From the NCBI GenBank assembly GCA_965214605.1, contig OZ243961.1, forward strand, positions 352,001 through 416,000: a stretch of 64,000 nucleotides of DNA, read 5' to 3'. This DNA is from an uncultured Candidatus Binatia bacterium (lineage in GTDB: Bacteria > Desulfobacterota > Binatia > Bin18). The notes below the pieces were generated by a model. That model ran no database searches. It was not told where the DNA came from and worked only from the letters and a program-made list of their open reading frames with translations. Of the stretch, positions 53,301-63,539 are shown piece by piece. The stretch's first letter is position 1. Every line of letters begins with the position of its first letter. A program made the translations under genes and the position numbers.

Positions 53301-53928
53301 CAAACACGAAGCTGGTATCGTGGACAATGGAGCCGACCGACAGGTCTAGGGCATGGAAAATAGGACCCATCCACTGCACGTCGCGGCGGGCCAGATAGTC
53401 ATTAACAGTCACCAGATGCGTACCGTGCCCGAGCAGGGCGTTGAGATAGAGCGGCAGGGTGGCGACCAGCGTCTTCCCCTCGCCAGTCTTCATTTCGGCA
53501 ATGCGTCCCTGGTGGAGAACCATACCGCCGATGAGCTGACAATCAAAATGGCGCATACCGGTGACCCGTCGGGAGGTCTCACGGACGACGGCAAAAGCCT
53601 GGGGCAGGAGCGCATCCAGGGACTGGGCTTCGGCGTCGCGCAGCTCTTCTTCGATCTTCTCGCAGTCCTCTTTGAGGTACTCTTGTTCCTCCAGAGTTTC
53701 TTCCTGTGCAAGCCGGGCTTTGGCCTCCGCTAATTGACTACGCAGAGCTTGGGTCGCGGTTTTGATAGACGCCCGAAACTCATTCGTTTTGGCACGCAGC
53801 TGGTCCAGGCTCAAGGCTTCCATTTCGGGCTCAAGCGCGTTTATCGCTTCAACCAGTGGACGCATTTTCTTGAGCTGTCTGTCGTTACTGCTGCCGATGA
53901 CCTTATGAAACAAGGTTTTCCACGACAT
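50353..53928 (-). CDS. secA: Preprotein translocase ATPase SecA with large insertions
   Basis: [53 protein letters not shown]; about 1191 aa. Confidence 0.98.
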   Translation of the reverse strand: MSWKTLFHKVIGSSNDRQLKKMRPLVEAINALEPEMEALSLDQLRAKTNEFRASIKTATQALRSQLAEAKARLAQEETLEEQEYLKEDCEKIEEELRDAEAQSLDALLPQAFAVVRETSRRVTGMRHFDCQLIGGMVLHQGRIAEMKTGEGKTLVATLPLYLNALLGHGTHLVTVNDYLARRDVQWMGPIFHALDLSVGSIVHDTSFVFDPSHVVKDYRFLNLRPVSRQEAYQADVTYGTNNEFGFDYLRDNMKFSNEEYAQGELHFAIVDEVDNILIDEARTPLIISGPAEESTEKYYTLNRVIPRLQKDLDYAIDEKQRNATLTEEGVSKVERILGVKNLYDPSEISILHHVNQALRAHALFKRDVDYVLKDGEVIIVDEFTGRLMPGRRWSEGLHQAVEAKEGVRIREENQTLATITIQNYFRMYHKLGGMTGTADTEAIEFKKIYSLDVVVIPPNKGMLRQDFPDMVYKTEREKFRAVADDIAECHHRGQPVLVGTVSVEKSERLSKLLKKKNIKHNVLNAVNHEAEANIIAQAGRLGGVTIATNMAGRGTDILLGGNPEFLARVEIEKTWLKKTAPAQTKTKSYEESLEELREAYNESLTQARQRYEPGWKPHEETRNAALSRLSETYRPFLHASFQKARADYQTLTAQIDFMAGPPATDILQQYAQACGTYEHALTEYDKVVGPSLPEERREEYETVCADYAGLLAEDVSPQAADRLEVMRDRYERVLDEYGQAIVRVAEVVLSDNGEVGQHFERAQRAYQEAQRAYDEADQLYEEKRQPYEAAVAEAERIYEEQRRERVKVVEEVREQLEKSPDVYQRAFDTALAKYRATCAQERDKVVATGGLHILGTERHEARRIDNQLRGRAGRQGDPGSSRFYLSLEDDLLRIFGADRIQGIMDRLGMEEGEPIEHGMVSKAIENAQRRVEARNFDIRKHLLEYDDVMNKQREVIYDQRRTFLTSDNLSAEVLEMIEEVAKKTVGFYLSEDLPPEEWDWKALDDALFRQFNFRLSLSEEEKHNSEADSLSEAVHDKILAIYREREENFTPPVLHYLEKVILLQTMDALWKDHLLSMDHLKEAVGLRGYGQKNPLQEYQKEGFALFEQLHDRMRAEVVEKLFTVQIARQEDVQKMEARQAQPRRPISMSHGQDPQQPPAPATQVRRNEPKVGRNDPCPCGSGRKYKKCHGA

Positions 53929-54184
53929 CGTCATCCCCTCGGTGCTGTACAGTTGGTGCAAGTTTTCTTAGCATAGCATGTTCCGTCGGAAAGCAGGAAC
54001 GAGGCTATTTAAGCGGCTCCCCTCTCTACGGACAAGAGTGAAGGTATCAAAAACGTTCCAGTTGCGACGGCCGGGCTTTTGTCGCTAAAATTGAGCGGTG
54101 AGCCTCAAGCGTCCGGACCAGACACGGCACCCTCCCTCCTACGCCTCTCCTCCGTCCACAGGCATCAGCGGCCCGCCAGCTCGC

Positions 54185-54814
54185 ATGTCTCGGTGGGCCG
54201 CCGTATTGGCAGGTCTGCTTGTGGGCCTGTGGAGCTGTTCATCCCCTCCGCCTCCAGGTTTCCCGCCTCCGCCCCACCTTCCGGCCCCGCCCCCTGCTCT
54301 CGCTCCACCCGGCCCGCCACGCCTGCCAGAACGGCTTGATACTGACAAGGTCCTCCCCTGGGCGGCAGAGGAAAAAGTTTTTCTGGTAGTCGATAAGGGC
54401 TGCCAGCTACTCCGAGTGTATCAGCACGGTCAGCTTGTCCAGAGCTATCCGATCGTGTCTGCACGTCAGGACGGACACAAGCTGTACGAGGGCGATCAAC
54501 GCACGCCGGTTGGCCTGTACATGATTATCGAAAAACGCCGGCATCCACGTTGGTCGCATTTTATGCTGTTAGATTATCCGACCGTGTTTGATGTAGTCCG
54601 CTACCGACGCCACCTCAAAAATGGTCAGATTCCGCGCCGAAACGGAAGCGGTCCGGGCCCGGGGGGTGAAATCGGAATTCACGGGACAAGCTATATCGAC
54701 CTCAATAAAGCCAGGGTCAACTGGACGATCGGCTGTATCTCACTGTTTAATTCAGACATCCGAGCACTGTACCGCGCAACCCCTAAAGGAACCTTGGTGT
54801 ATATCAAGGAGTAA
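54185..54814 (+). CDS. L,D-transpeptidase (YkuD family) lipoprotein
   Basis: LWSC lipobox, Pro-rich linker, GDQRTP.G.Y, IGIHG...WTIGCI; alternative start at 54098. Confidence 0.88.
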   Translation: MSRWAAVLAGLLVGLWSCSSPPPPGFPPPPHLPAPPPALAPPGPPRLPERLDTDKVLPWAAEEKVFLVVDKGCQLLRVYQHGQLVQSYPIVSARQDGHKLYEGDQRTPVGLYMIIEKRRHPRWSHFMLLDYPTVFDVVRYRRHLKNGQIPRRNGSGPGPGGEIGIHGTSYIDLNKARVNWTIGCISLFNSDIRALYRATPKGTLVYIKE

Positions 54815-54921
54815 GCGCGATTTCACATGAGATTCTGTGCCTGACAAGACTGAAGCATCAGGGAATTGTACTACGACAGGATGAGACCTTTGGCAGACAA
54901 TTCTTGAAGTAAGGGCTGAGC

Positions 54922-54937
54922 TGTTTCACGCGAAACA
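54922..54937. promoter_or_regulatory. parS-like site
   Basis: TGTTTCACGCGAAACA, one mismatch from the consensus TGTTTCACGTGAAACA; intergenic. Confidence 0.6.
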
Positions 54938-54952
54938 GCGCCGCAGCCCGTT

Positions 54953-55705
54953 CTATGCCATGACCTGTCCACCGCACACCAACAGATATTCTCCGGTGAC
55001 AAAACTGCTCAGCTCAGAGGCAAAAAACAGCGCCGCATTGGCCGTATCCTCAACCGTTCCAGATCTGCGTAGCGGCACCTGTTTTTCATGCTTTTCTTGG
55101 GCTTCGGGAGTCAGCATGGTTCTGACCTCTTGGGTCAGGGTCAGACCGGGCGAGACAATATTGACCGTAATATTGTACGGACCGACTTCGACCACCAGGT
55201 TGCGGGTGAAACCCAACATCGCGGTTTTAGCTGACGTATAGCCGTGGTAAGAGAGCCGAGGTTGATGGATGCCGATGGTATTGACACTGATGATGCGTCC
55301 CCAACGACGATCTTTCATGCCTGGCAGCACAGCTTGGCAACACACAAAGGCTGCTTTCAGGGTGGTATCAATCTGCTCTTGCCACTCGGCCCAGATACTA
55401 TCGACAAAAGATTTGCGCGGCACCCCAGCCGCATAATTGCTGACCAGAATATCAACTTGGCCAAAGGCCTGCTCGGCCTGGGCAAGCATGTCAGCAACCT
55501 GGTTCTCATCAGTAATATCGGCTTTAACAAAAAGGGCCTGACCGCCCGCCGAAGCAATCTCGTCGAGAACTTGTTGGGGATCTCCCTCGTCCTGCACCTG
55601 ATTAATCACCACCTTAGCACCCGCCTGGGAAAAAATCTGAGCAATACCGGCTCCTGTTCCACGGCACGAGCCGGTGATGAGCGCGACCTTACCTGTTAAC
55701 AGCAT
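54953..55705 (-). CDS. Short-chain dehydrogenase/reductase (FabG-like)
   Basis: TGSCRGTG, YTSAK, VNIVSPG. Confidence 0.88.
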   Translation of the reverse strand: MLLTGKVALITGSCRGTGAGIAQIFSQAGAKVVINQVQDEGDPQQVLDEIASAGGQALFVKADITDENQVADMLAQAEQAFGQVDILVSNYAAGVPRKSFVDSIWAEWQEQIDTTLKAAFVCCQAVLPGMKDRRWGRIISVNTIGIHQPRLSYHGYTSAKTAMLGFTRNLVVEVGPYNITVNIVSPGLTLTQEVRTMLTPEAQEKHEKQVPLRRSGTVEDTANAALFFASELSSFVTGEYLLVCGGQVMA

Positions 55706-55791
55706 CAGCAATCCTCATGTCAAAAATTGTAAATATGATATAACTTCTTGAAAAAGAAAGAAGTTTCGTTCCTTTTTTCTTCTCTCGCCTC

Positions 55792-56946
55792 TTACCTTCC
55801 CGGCTGGAGTGCAAGGCCGCGGATAGCCATGATATTGCGCAGCACATTGCTCGTTCCGCCCTGGATTGTGTACGCCGGTGCGTAGAGATATTCGCGGGCC
55901 GCCCGTCCGGCTAAACGGGTTGCCGACGAACCTGGCATGAGGACCGCATAGTCCCCAAGTAAACCGCTGACAGTGTTGGCGATACGCTGCTCAACCTCGG
56001 TGCAGTAGCACTTGGCCATGGCCGCTTCATAGTTTGGGACTCCGCCCTGGGTCAACATCCAGGCCACCCGGTAAACCATTGAGCGCCCAAGTTCAAGCTC
56101 GATGTGCAGTTCGGCCAACTTGTTGCGGACGAGCGGATCTTTGGCTTGGCCGGTTTGTTTAGCATAGGCGACCGCGTCACGAAACAGGGGATAATTGCTG
56201 AGCAAACGTTCAATTCCGCTCCGTTCGTAATCAAGCTGGGAAGCAATCTGATACCAGCCGCGGTTCTTCTCGCCAATCAGCCACTCTTGTGGGACTTTCA
56301 CATTCTCAAAGAACACCTCGTTAAAGTGGTGCTCGCCAACGATATCGATCAAAGGACGCACGTCGATCCCAGGCGTCTTCATGTCAACCATGAACTCGCT
56401 TATGCCCTTATGCTTTGGCGCGTCGGGATCGGTCCGGGCCACCAGATAGGCGTAGTCTGCCACATGGGCAAAACTAGTCCAGATTTTTTGACCGGTCAGC
56501 GAGAAATGGTCTCCCTCCTCAACCGCCCGCGTTCGCAGCGAGGCCAGGTCAGAGCCCGCTCCGGGTTCGCTCATACCGAGACAGAACACGATCTCCCCCT
56601 TGGTCACCCGGGGTAAGATCGTCGCCTTTTGCTCCTCACTACCGTAGGCCAGTAACGCCGGTCCAACCTGCCGATCCCCGAGCCAGTGCGCGGCAACCGG
56701 CGCGCCAGCCCGCAAGAGCTCCTCGGTCAGGATCAGGCGATCCATATAGGTTTTTTCTTGGCCCCCGTACTGTTTTGGCCAGGTCAGTCCGATCCAGCCC
56801 CGGGCACCGAGCTTTTGCGAAAATTCCCGCGAGAAACCCGTAATCCAGCCGTCCTCAATCGGCATCTGATCGGCCAACTCGTGGGCTAGAAAATCACGGA
56901 TTTCGGTCCGGAACGCTTCTTGTTGAGCGGTCAGGGCAAATTCCAT
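55792..56946 (-). CDS. Acyl-CoA dehydrogenase family protein
   Basis: CLGMSEPGAGSDLASL, GQKIWTS, FNEVFF, TIQGGTSNV. Confidence 0.93.
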   Translation of the reverse strand: MEFALTAQQEAFRTEIRDFLAHELADQMPIEDGWITGFSREFSQKLGARGWIGLTWPKQYGGQEKTYMDRLILTEELLRAGAPVAAHWLGDRQVGPALLAYGSEEQKATILPRVTKGEIVFCLGMSEPGAGSDLASLRTRAVEEGDHFSLTGQKIWTSFAHVADYAYLVARTDPDAPKHKGISEFMVDMKTPGIDVRPLIDIVGEHHFNEVFFENVKVPQEWLIGEKNRGWYQIASQLDYERSGIERLLSNYPLFRDAVAYAKQTGQAKDPLVRNKLAELHIELELGRSMVYRVAWMLTQGGVPNYEAAMAKCYCTEVEQRIANTVSGLLGDYAVLMPGSSATRLAGRAAREYLYAPAYTIQGGTSNVLRNIMAIRGLALQPGR

Positions 56947-56955
56947 TCTGTTCCC

Positions 56956-59100
56956 CTATAGGGCAATGAGTTCCTCAGTGTCTCGCGAGCAGTGTATATG
57001 GAGGTCAAGTTGGCTGTCTTCGTCAAAATCTTGAGCTAAAATCCAGGTCTGCTCAATCTCACCGCTGATGCGAGGCAGGACGGCAAGGGTTTGCCGCTTG
57101 CGCTCGGCGTCAAAAAAAGCAAACGGCTCATCCAGTATAAGACACTCTTCGCCCTGGACGGTGGAAGAAATCAGAGCTTGGGACAGAGCCAAACGGACCG
57201 CTAGCATCAACTGTACATAGGTGCCACCAGAGATCTCGCTCAAGCTCACAAAGTCGCCCTTGTCTTGAGACAAGGCCTGAAGGTCTAAGTCTTCACTGAC
57301 CCGGACATTCGCATACCGCTGCTCAGTCAGCAGCGGCACAACCCGACTGGCCACCTTTTGCAGTTCGAGATTGAAGCTGCCGAGCAAACGGGGATGCGTG
57401 CTGTCGATCAACTGTTGGGCGGCTCGGCGCACGGCAATTTGCCCCACCCGCTCACCACGATCCTTTTCGAGGTCAGCAATCTGCTGCTCAAGCTCCTTGG
57501 CCGTATCCCGGCGAGACTCCTCATGAATAATCTCTTGGTCCAGACACGTCAGTTCTTTCTTATAGCTGTCAAGTTGGCCGGTGTATCGCTTCACCTCGGC
57601 CTCAAGCCGTTCTTGGGTTTGACACACCGTCTGTTCACACTCGGCAAGCGCGCTGCGCAGCTCAGCGAGTGCTGTCCGGACTCCCTCTTCCATCACTAGG
57701 GACGCCCCTTGTCCTTCGGCAAAACCGGCGACCGAAGCCGATAGTTGATCATCATCAATATTTCGCAAGGTCGCTACCTGTTCAGCCACCGATAGTTGTC
57801 CAGCCCGGTCAAGCGTTTGCATCTCGCGGCGGATCGTATCGTCCTGGAGATCAACCCGGACAAGTTCCTGGCGATAGCTGACCACATCGGCCGCCCGAAA
57901 GATGGCAAACACCCAAAAAACAAAAGCGAAACCGACAGTACCGAACGCATAGGCGGTCTGCCCCATGAACAGGACACCAAACGTGGCCGCTATGCCCAGG
58001 GTGCCCAGCCCGACCATCAGCGCTCGCCCCCGGCGGACGGTCTCCAGTTGATCGCTCAGAGTCGCCCGACGTTCAGCTAAGGGCTTCACAGAGTTGTCCT
58101 GCTGGGGACGACGCTCGCCTTCACCGATTAACCAGGCCTGACGCTCGCGCCGGTCCGAGACGTGTTGCTGGACCGAATCAAAAGCGCCTAGTTGGTTCTC
58201 CAGCTTGTCCAACCAAGAGTTCAGGTCGGCACTCGCCGCCGCATCGGTTCCGACGGCTTGATAAGCATCGGCTAGCTCTTGGCTGGCCGCGTTCAAGTCG
58301 CGTGCTCGGTCTTGCCACTCGGCCAGCGAGCTGGCCGGACCAGCCTCGGCGAGGTGCTCAACCTGCTGGGCGACCCGCTGGACAGCGGTCTGCAAAGCGG
58401 CTGAGGCGCTTGTCCTCTGGCGAATCCTGGTCTCAGCCTGGTTCACCGCATCCAGCCTCGACTGACGTCGGGTCTGGAGTTGGCCCAGCGCGGCCTCTTG
58501 AATATCCAGGTCGCCCAACTGTTGCCGGGGCGTACTGATTTTCGATTCGAGCGGAATGAGAGCTTCTTGAGCCTCCCGTATTTCGGCTTCGCACTCAGCG
58601 GAGATGTTATTGAGGGTTTGGATTCCGGATAGCGTCCGGACCGTCTGTTTCAACACCTCAGGAGCTACCACGTTCCGCTGGGCCAGATAGAAAGAATCAA
58701 CAAAGTGCTGGTAGGTAAAACCACCTAGCTGGACAATCGCTTCATTCACCGCCTCCAGACCGCGTGCCAGGGGCATTGACGCCCCATGCTGGGCGAGTTG
58801 GGCGGTGCGGGTGTCATCGCCATCAAACTGACGGCTGACTGTATACGTGTTGCCGTCCCGGCCTCTGAAATCGACCCACAGAGCACCCGAAAACTGGTCC
58901 CATTTGATGATCTTGGCCAGTTCCTGGGCATCAACCGTAGAGGTTCGGCCGAACAGTGCCAGACAGATAATCTCAACAATTGAGGTTTTGCCAGACTCGT
59001 TGGGGCCGCTGATACCGATAATGCCGGTCGATGGCAGATTAGCCAGGTGGAGCTTCGCGTAACGGAGGATATTCTCGGCTCGAATCTGGCTGATAATCAT
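56956..59100 (-). CDS. SbcC/YhaN-like SMC-type ATPase with central transmembrane hairpin
   Basis: Walker A GPNESGKT, YLAQ Q-loop, coiled coils, two hydrophobic segments, ISGG signature, ILDEPF Walker B. Confidence 0.82.
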   Translation of the reverse strand: MIISQIRAENILRYAKLHLANLPSTGIIGISGPNESGKTSIVEIICLALFGRTSTVDAQELAKIIKWDQFSGALWVDFRGRDGNTYTVSRQFDGDDTRTAQLAQHGASMPLARGLEAVNEAIVQLGGFTYQHFVDSFYLAQRNVVAPEVLKQTVRTLSGIQTLNNISAECEAEIREAQEALIPLESKISTPRQQLGDLDIQEAALGQLQTRRQSRLDAVNQAETRIRQRTSASAALQTAVQRVAQQVEHLAEAGPASSLAEWQDRARDLNAASQELADAYQAVGTDAAASADLNSWLDKLENQLGAFDSVQQHVSDRRERQAWLIGEGERRPQQDNSVKPLAERRATLSDQLETVRRGRALMVGLGTLGIAATFGVLFMGQTAYAFGTVGFAFVFWVFAIFRAADVVSYRQELVRVDLQDDTIRREMQTLDRAGQLSVAEQVATLRNIDDDQLSASVAGFAEGQGASLVMEEGVRTALAELRSALAECEQTVCQTQERLEAEVKRYTGQLDSYKKELTCLDQEIIHEESRRDTAKELEQQIADLEKDRGERVGQIAVRRAAQQLIDSTHPRLLGSFNLELQKVASRVVPLLTEQRYANVRVSEDLDLQALSQDKGDFVSLSEISGGTYVQLMLAVRLALSQALISSTVQGEECLILDEPFAFFDAERKRQTLAVLPRISGEIEQTWILAQDFDEDSQLDLHIHCSRDTEELIAL

Positions 59101-59297
59101 CGAATATCCCTCAGGTCACGGTGCTTGAGTTTGCGCAGGACAAGTTCACACGCCCGCTGGTACAGCCCTTCGTCAAAGTCGGGCTGAAGGCTGCGCAGGC
59201 GCTCTATTTCGGCCGCACTCTGACGGGTAAACTCGTGGGCTAAATCACTGAGATCAAACGCTTGGATGATAGTAGGGCCTTTGTCCGATGTTGTCAC
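59097..59297 (-). CDS. Small hypothetical protein coupled to the ATPase
   Basis: 66 aa, ATGA overlap with the downstream gene, GGAG-type RBS. Confidence 0.6.
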   Translation of the reverse strand: MTTSDKGPTIIQAFDLSDLAHEFTRQSAAEIERLRSLQPDFDEGLYQRACELVLRKLKHRDLRDIR

Positions 59298-59526
59298 TCA
59301 CTCTCTCCCTCACCTGAAATGAAAGCTAAAAGTCCCCACGAGTTTAGTTAAAGAAATTTTAGCAGGTCCGCAAGGGCGGTCGCTATATTCGTAGCAGTGA
59401 AAGATTTCTAGGCCGATCCGACGCAGGAAATCATAACGGCAGTCTATGCCGTCGGTGACAGAAAAGGCGAGGCTTGGGAGATCAGGGGCCGGGCGAAGAA
59501 GACCAGGAGCGGCATAAGACGGCTGT

Positions 59527-60519
59527 TTATGATCGTTCTCTACTAGCTTCGTCATGCCCGCCAAAGGTGTGGCGCATGGCTGACAACACCTTCTCAGCAA
59601 ACGTGTGGGTGTGGCGAGAACGAAACCGGGCGTACAGGGCGGCAGACAAAACCTGCGCCGGCACCGCTTCCTCAATGGCAGTCATAACTGTCCAGCGTCC
59701 TTCACCCGAGTCTTCGACAAACCCGGTGTAGTCGTCAAGGTCGGGACTCTCTGTCAGTGCCCTCGCTGTCAGATCAAGCAGCCACGAAGAGATGACGCTC
59801 CCACGCCTCCAGACCTCGGCAATATCGGCCAGATTGAACTCATAGCGGGAGTTCTGCGGAAGGTCGGACTGATTGGCATTGCGAAGAATATTAAAGCCCT
59901 CAGCATAGGCTTGCATCAGTCCGTACTCGATCCCGTTGTGGATCATTTTCACAAAATGGCCAGCCCCAGTCGGTCCGCAGTGTACATAGCCGTGTTCGGC
60001 CGTTCCACCCACGGCTCGACCCGGCGTGCGATGGGCCTGGTCCTGGCCCGGAGCAAGGCTGCGAAAGATCGGATCGAGCCGTTGGACGACAGCCCCAGGC
60101 CCACCGATCATCAAACAATAGCCGCGTTTCAATCCCCACACTCCACCGCTGGTGCCCACGTCAAGATAGTGAATCCCTTTTGGCTCCAAGGCTTGGGCGC
60201 GTCGAATATCGTCTTTAAAATAACTGTTCCCCCCGTCAATAATAATATCTTCAGCCGCTAAACCCTGGGCCAGAGTGGAAAATACTCCTTCGGTGGCTGG
60301 ACCGGCTGGCAGCATGATCCATACCGCGCGGGGCGGGGTGAGATGTAGGATCAGGTCACTGATAGAGGTCGCTCCGCGCGCACCCTCATTAACGAGTTGT
60401 CCCATCTTGTCGAGGTCTTGATCATAGACGACACACTCGTGGCCGCCCAGCAGCAGCCTGCGGACTAGGTTTGCTCCCATACGCCCCAGGCCAACCATAC
60501 CAATTTGGTCGATTTGCAT
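59527..60519 (-). CDS. gnd: 6-phosphogluconate dehydrogenase (decarboxylating, short YqeC type)
   Basis: [40 protein letters not shown]. Confidence 0.95.
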   Translation of the reverse strand: MQIDQIGMVGLGRMGANLVRRLLLGGHECVVYDQDLDKMGQLVNEGARGATSISDLILHLTPPRAVWIMLPAGPATEGVFSTLAQGLAAEDIIIDGGNSYFKDDIRRAQALEPKGIHYLDVGTSGGVWGLKRGYCLMIGGPGAVVQRLDPIFRSLAPGQDQAHRTPGRAVGGTAEHGYVHCGPTGAGHFVKMIHNGIEYGLMQAYAEGFNILRNANQSDLPQNSRYEFNLADIAEVWRRGSVISSWLLDLTARALTESPDLDDYTGFVEDSGEGRWTVMTAIEEAVPAQVLSAALYARFRSRHTHTFAEKVLSAMRHTFGGHDEASRERS

Positions 60520-60603
60520 GTCGATTCCTCGTCTAGATCGCTATGCACCGCTAGTCCGGGATGTCGACAGAGCAGACGAACGTCACCACGACGGGAGTTG
60601 CCC

Positions 60604-60945
60604 TTATCCCACGTGCTCGCGCCAGCGTTTCAGCTTCAGGCGAATATAATCCGGCTCTAGCCTTAACACCGCGCATATGTTGACAAAAGAAAAGGGCCAG
60701 CTCTCCTCGTCCGAGAAAATCCATTCCTCAGCTTCGTTGGCCAAGCGCTGTGCTCGACGGCCACTCTTTAGACATTGCTTTTGAAAACACGCTATGGCTT
60801 CCTCAAGCACGGCTCGCATCAGAGCGATTTCTCCGCCCTCCGGCGTCTGATCTCGAGCAGTATGGAACTGCTCGGGTAAGACCACGGCGGAATCTCCCAA
60901 AAGCTCACGCTGAAACAGTTCGGTTTGATACACAGCTTTTTCCAT
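60604..60945 (-). CDS. Conserved-looking hypothetical protein
   Basis: LMRAVLEEAI...EAEEWI...WPFSFVNICAVL helical pattern; RBS and sigma54 promoter upstream. Confidence 0.7.
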   Translation of the reverse strand: MEKAVYQTELFQRELLGDSAVVLPEQFHTARDQTPEGGEIALMRAVLEEAIACFQKQCLKSGRRAQRLANEAEEWIFSDEESWPFSFVNICAVLRLEPDYIRLKLKRWREHVG

Positions 60946-61010
60946 ATCGTCCCCCCTCGTTTCCCCCAGACTGATCGGAAAATATATGGGGCAATCTCTT
61001 CTATGGAATG

Positions 61011-61026
61011 AGCAAATTATGTGCCA
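61011..61026 (-). promoter_or_regulatory. Sigma54 (-24/-12) promoter
   Basis: Minus strand TGGCAC-ATAAT-TTGCT, consensus with exact GG-N10-GC spacing. Confidence 0.75.
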
Positions 61027-61106
61027 AAAATGGTCTTTTACACCTCAGCCTTCCAGACGTCAGCGACTTGTCGGTTTAGTATTTTCAGGCTGAGCTATAT
61101 CATTTC

Positions 61107-61124
61107 GATACGTCCGAACGTATC
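61107..61124. promoter_or_regulatory. Palindromic candidate enhancer (UAS)
   Basis: GATACGT-CCGA-ACGTATC, 80-100 bp upstream of the sigma54 site. Confidence 0.5.
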
Positions 61125-61161
61125 AATTATGTATACCGGGTGATCAGTGCTTGTGTGTGAG

Positions 61162-61806
61162 CTAGTCTTTGCGGCGACGGTCTTCTGCACCATGTGAGAT
61201 CAGGTAATCGACAATCTCTTGGCGTTGGTATTGCCAGGCCGACAGCATCGGCGTATAGCCACTGGTATTTTCGGGATCAACGTCCGCCCCCCCCTCAACC
61301 ATGGCCGCAACGGTTTCAAGGTGGCCCTCTCCAGCCGCCCAATGTAGAGCGGTATTACCCCGCCGATCTTGGACTGCGGTGCTGGCCCCGGCGGCCATCA
61401 AGGCTTTGGCCACCTCGGTATGACCGCCTTCTGCGGCAAAAAATAAGGCACTCCACTGATCTACATCCTGCTCATCGAGGTCAACGCCGGCCTCGATCAA
61501 TAGTTGGGTATGTTCCAGATTCCCCTGCTGGGCGGCGGATCGTAATGAGGCTGAGGAAATAGCGATACCGGCGGCTTCGAGCTTTTGGCGGGCCTCCTGC
61601 TGAGAAGCCGGGTCAATTTGCGGTCTCGTGTCAGCCATTTGTGTTTCGGCTGGAGCTTGTTCCTGCCCACTCGGTCCCTGCCCCACGCCCTCCTGCGGGC
61701 CCGCGGCTTGTTCTTGTGGTGCAGATGGATCCTGCGAACTTGTTTGACAGCCGAGCAGAAAACAGACCAGAAGCAGCAGACTCCCTCCGATGCGGAAACA
61801 CACCAT
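61162..61806 (-). CDS. Ankyrin-repeat lipoprotein
   Basis: LLGC lipobox, Q/P-rich linker, about 4 repeats of the type G.TALH.AA..GH...V..L...GA. Confidence 0.9.
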   Translation of the reverse strand: MVCFRIGGSLLLLVCFLLGCQTSSQDPSAPQEQAAGPQEGVGQGPSGQEQAPAETQMADTRPQIDPASQQEARQKLEAAGIAISSASLRSAAQQGNLEHTQLLIEAGVDLDEQDVDQWSALFFAAEGGHTEVAKALMAAGASTAVQDRRGNTALHWAAGEGHLETVAAMVEGGADVDPENTSGYTPMLSAWQYQRQEIVDYLISHGAEDRRRKD

Positions 61807-61928
61807 ATTCTCCCTCCTTCAAGCGACATCCCGACCGCGCCCTATAGCGTGTAAAACTCATTCGTGTCAACGAACGAGACTCTTGGAAAAGCCCTATACG
61901 CCTGTGACGAAGACGCTGCAGTGGCGGC

Positions 61929-62570
61929 CTAGGATACCACGGCGGATTTGGCAGGTTTCAAGATCACCCGGTTCCAATACACGATTAATGGGACAAGCGC
62001 TATCGTCGGGGCCAGCCACAGCACGAAGGCTGGAGAGAACTGAAAGTTTGTCACCACGAAGGCCGTAACCGCCGCGATCGTCCCGCCCAACATACGGGAT
62101 AAATGGGCGGCAATACGCCGCTTCCCCGTTAGGGGTTTCCGACGAAACCGCCTCAAATCATACAGGCCGAAGCTCCCTCCAATCCCACCAAAAGCAAGCA
62201 TCACAATTCCCAGCGTCTCTCCAGACAGCAGCATCCTGCCGCCAAAAACGATCATCCCCGCTCCGGCCGTGGTCATGGCCCCAGCCGCCACCCAATCGAG
62301 TCGAGAAGGCTGGCCAGTTCGATTCCGGGCAATCCGCCAGCCCGTCAAGGCTTGATAGAAGCTAAATATCGCGACTAAGAGTAAAAAGAGATTGGCCCGT
62401 AGGAGGGTCATCGGCAACGCCGTAACAAAAACAACCAGCATCCCCCAAAAGAACCCACGTCCACCATAGGCATGCCAAGATTGCCCTTTTCTTGTGAACA
62501 TGGCGCAAAACGCGGTCAGCAAACAGCAAAAGCCAGCTACGATATGAATCGGTAGCAGGAGTTCGTACAT
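61929..62570 (-). CDS. DUF2306-like membrane protein
   Basis: HIVAG, KG..WH...GR, HLSRMLGGTIAAVTAF; multiple TMs. Confidence 0.75.
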   Translation of the reverse strand: MYELLLPIHIVAGFCCLLTAFCAMFTRKGQSWHAYGGRGFFWGMLVVFVTALPMTLLRANLFLLLVAIFSFYQALTGWRIARNRTGQPSRLDWVAAGAMTTAGAGMIVFGGRMLLSGETLGIVMLAFGGIGGSFGLYDLRRFRRKPLTGKRRIAAHLSRMLGGTIAAVTAFVVTNFQFSPAFVLWLAPTIALVPLIVYWNRVILKPAKSAVVS

Positions 62571-62684
62571 TGGCAGTCCTCTTTTTTCAAGATAGTCGAA
62601 AAACAGACTGGCAGAAAAAATCTTTCTTTGTTCTTTCTATGACTTCGCACTATAATATGCTTCAATCCTGACGAGGAGGAGACG

Positions 62685-63500
62685 ATGCCGACATTCATGA
62701 CCGCAGACAGTGCTGAGTTATACTACAAAGTGGAAGGCGAGGAACAGGGCAAGCCTCCCCTGATTTTTATTCACGGCTGGTGCTCTAACCTGAACCACTG
62801 GCAAGCCCAGGTCTCCTCCTTCCAGGACTCGCATCGCATTCTGCGTATGGACCGGCGGGGCATGGGCAAATCAAGCACGCCTGGTTCCGGGCATACGCCC
62901 CAACAACACGCTGCGGACATCGCCGCCCTAGCCCGTCACGAAGGTTTCGCCAACGCGGTGGCAATTGCCCACGCCGGTGGCGGGCCGGCCGGAGTCGCCC
63001 TGTGCCACGACTATCCTGACCTGATCAATGCCTACATTATGGTTGATTCGGTCGTGACGCCCGGAGCCGATCTTGACCGGCCGATCAAAAGCTCGGCCCG
63101 ATTCTACGCTGAGATGAGAGAGAAGCTGATAGCGCCAGAAGGCGAGAGGTATTTTCGAGAGCTGTATAGCAGTTTTTTTGGCCCTCAGGCCGCCGCCCAG
63201 CTGGTCCAGACGGCGGTCGAAGAAGCCTGCCGTACGCCGGTCGAGGTCCGGGTCAAAGAGATTCAGCTCATGGCGACCGACACTCTCACCCCGGCTTCGG
63301 CCATGTCCCAGCCCACCCTCGTCATCGCCGGTCCGTGGATGGCTAAAAGCTTTCCACAAGCCGTCGATGACGAATATCTTCGGTCGTGTTTCAGGCATGT
63401 GGAACTGGCGCGGGCGATTGGCGCGGGCCACTTTATTCAACTCGAGGTGCCCGATCAGGTCAATGCCTTTATCCACAGCTTCGTGTCCAGACTGACCTGA
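62685..63500 (+). CDS. Alpha/beta fold hydrolase
   Basis: IHGW, DRRGMG, GHFIQLE; AHAGG at the nucleophile elbow; TATAAT and GAGGAG upstream. Confidence 0.85.
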   Translation: MPTFMTADSAELYYKVEGEEQGKPPLIFIHGWCSNLNHWQAQVSSFQDSHRILRMDRRGMGKSSTPGSGHTPQQHAADIAALARHEGFANAVAIAHAGGGPAGVALCHDYPDLINAYIMVDSVVTPGADLDRPIKSSARFYAEMREKLIAPEGERYFRELYSSFFGPQAAAQLVQTAVEEACRTPVEVRVKEIQLMATDTLTPASAMSQPTLVIAGPWMAKSFPQAVDDEYLRSCFRHVELARAIGAGHFIQLEVPDQVNAFIHSFVSRLT

Positions 63501-63539
63501 GAGACAACGCTCTCAAGCAGCTCTCCTTCCGAGGCTGAT

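Noticed and set aside
63469-63477. Perfect DnaA box TTATCCACA
   Set aside because: Single copy inside a coding sequence, with no cluster or AT-rich unwinding element
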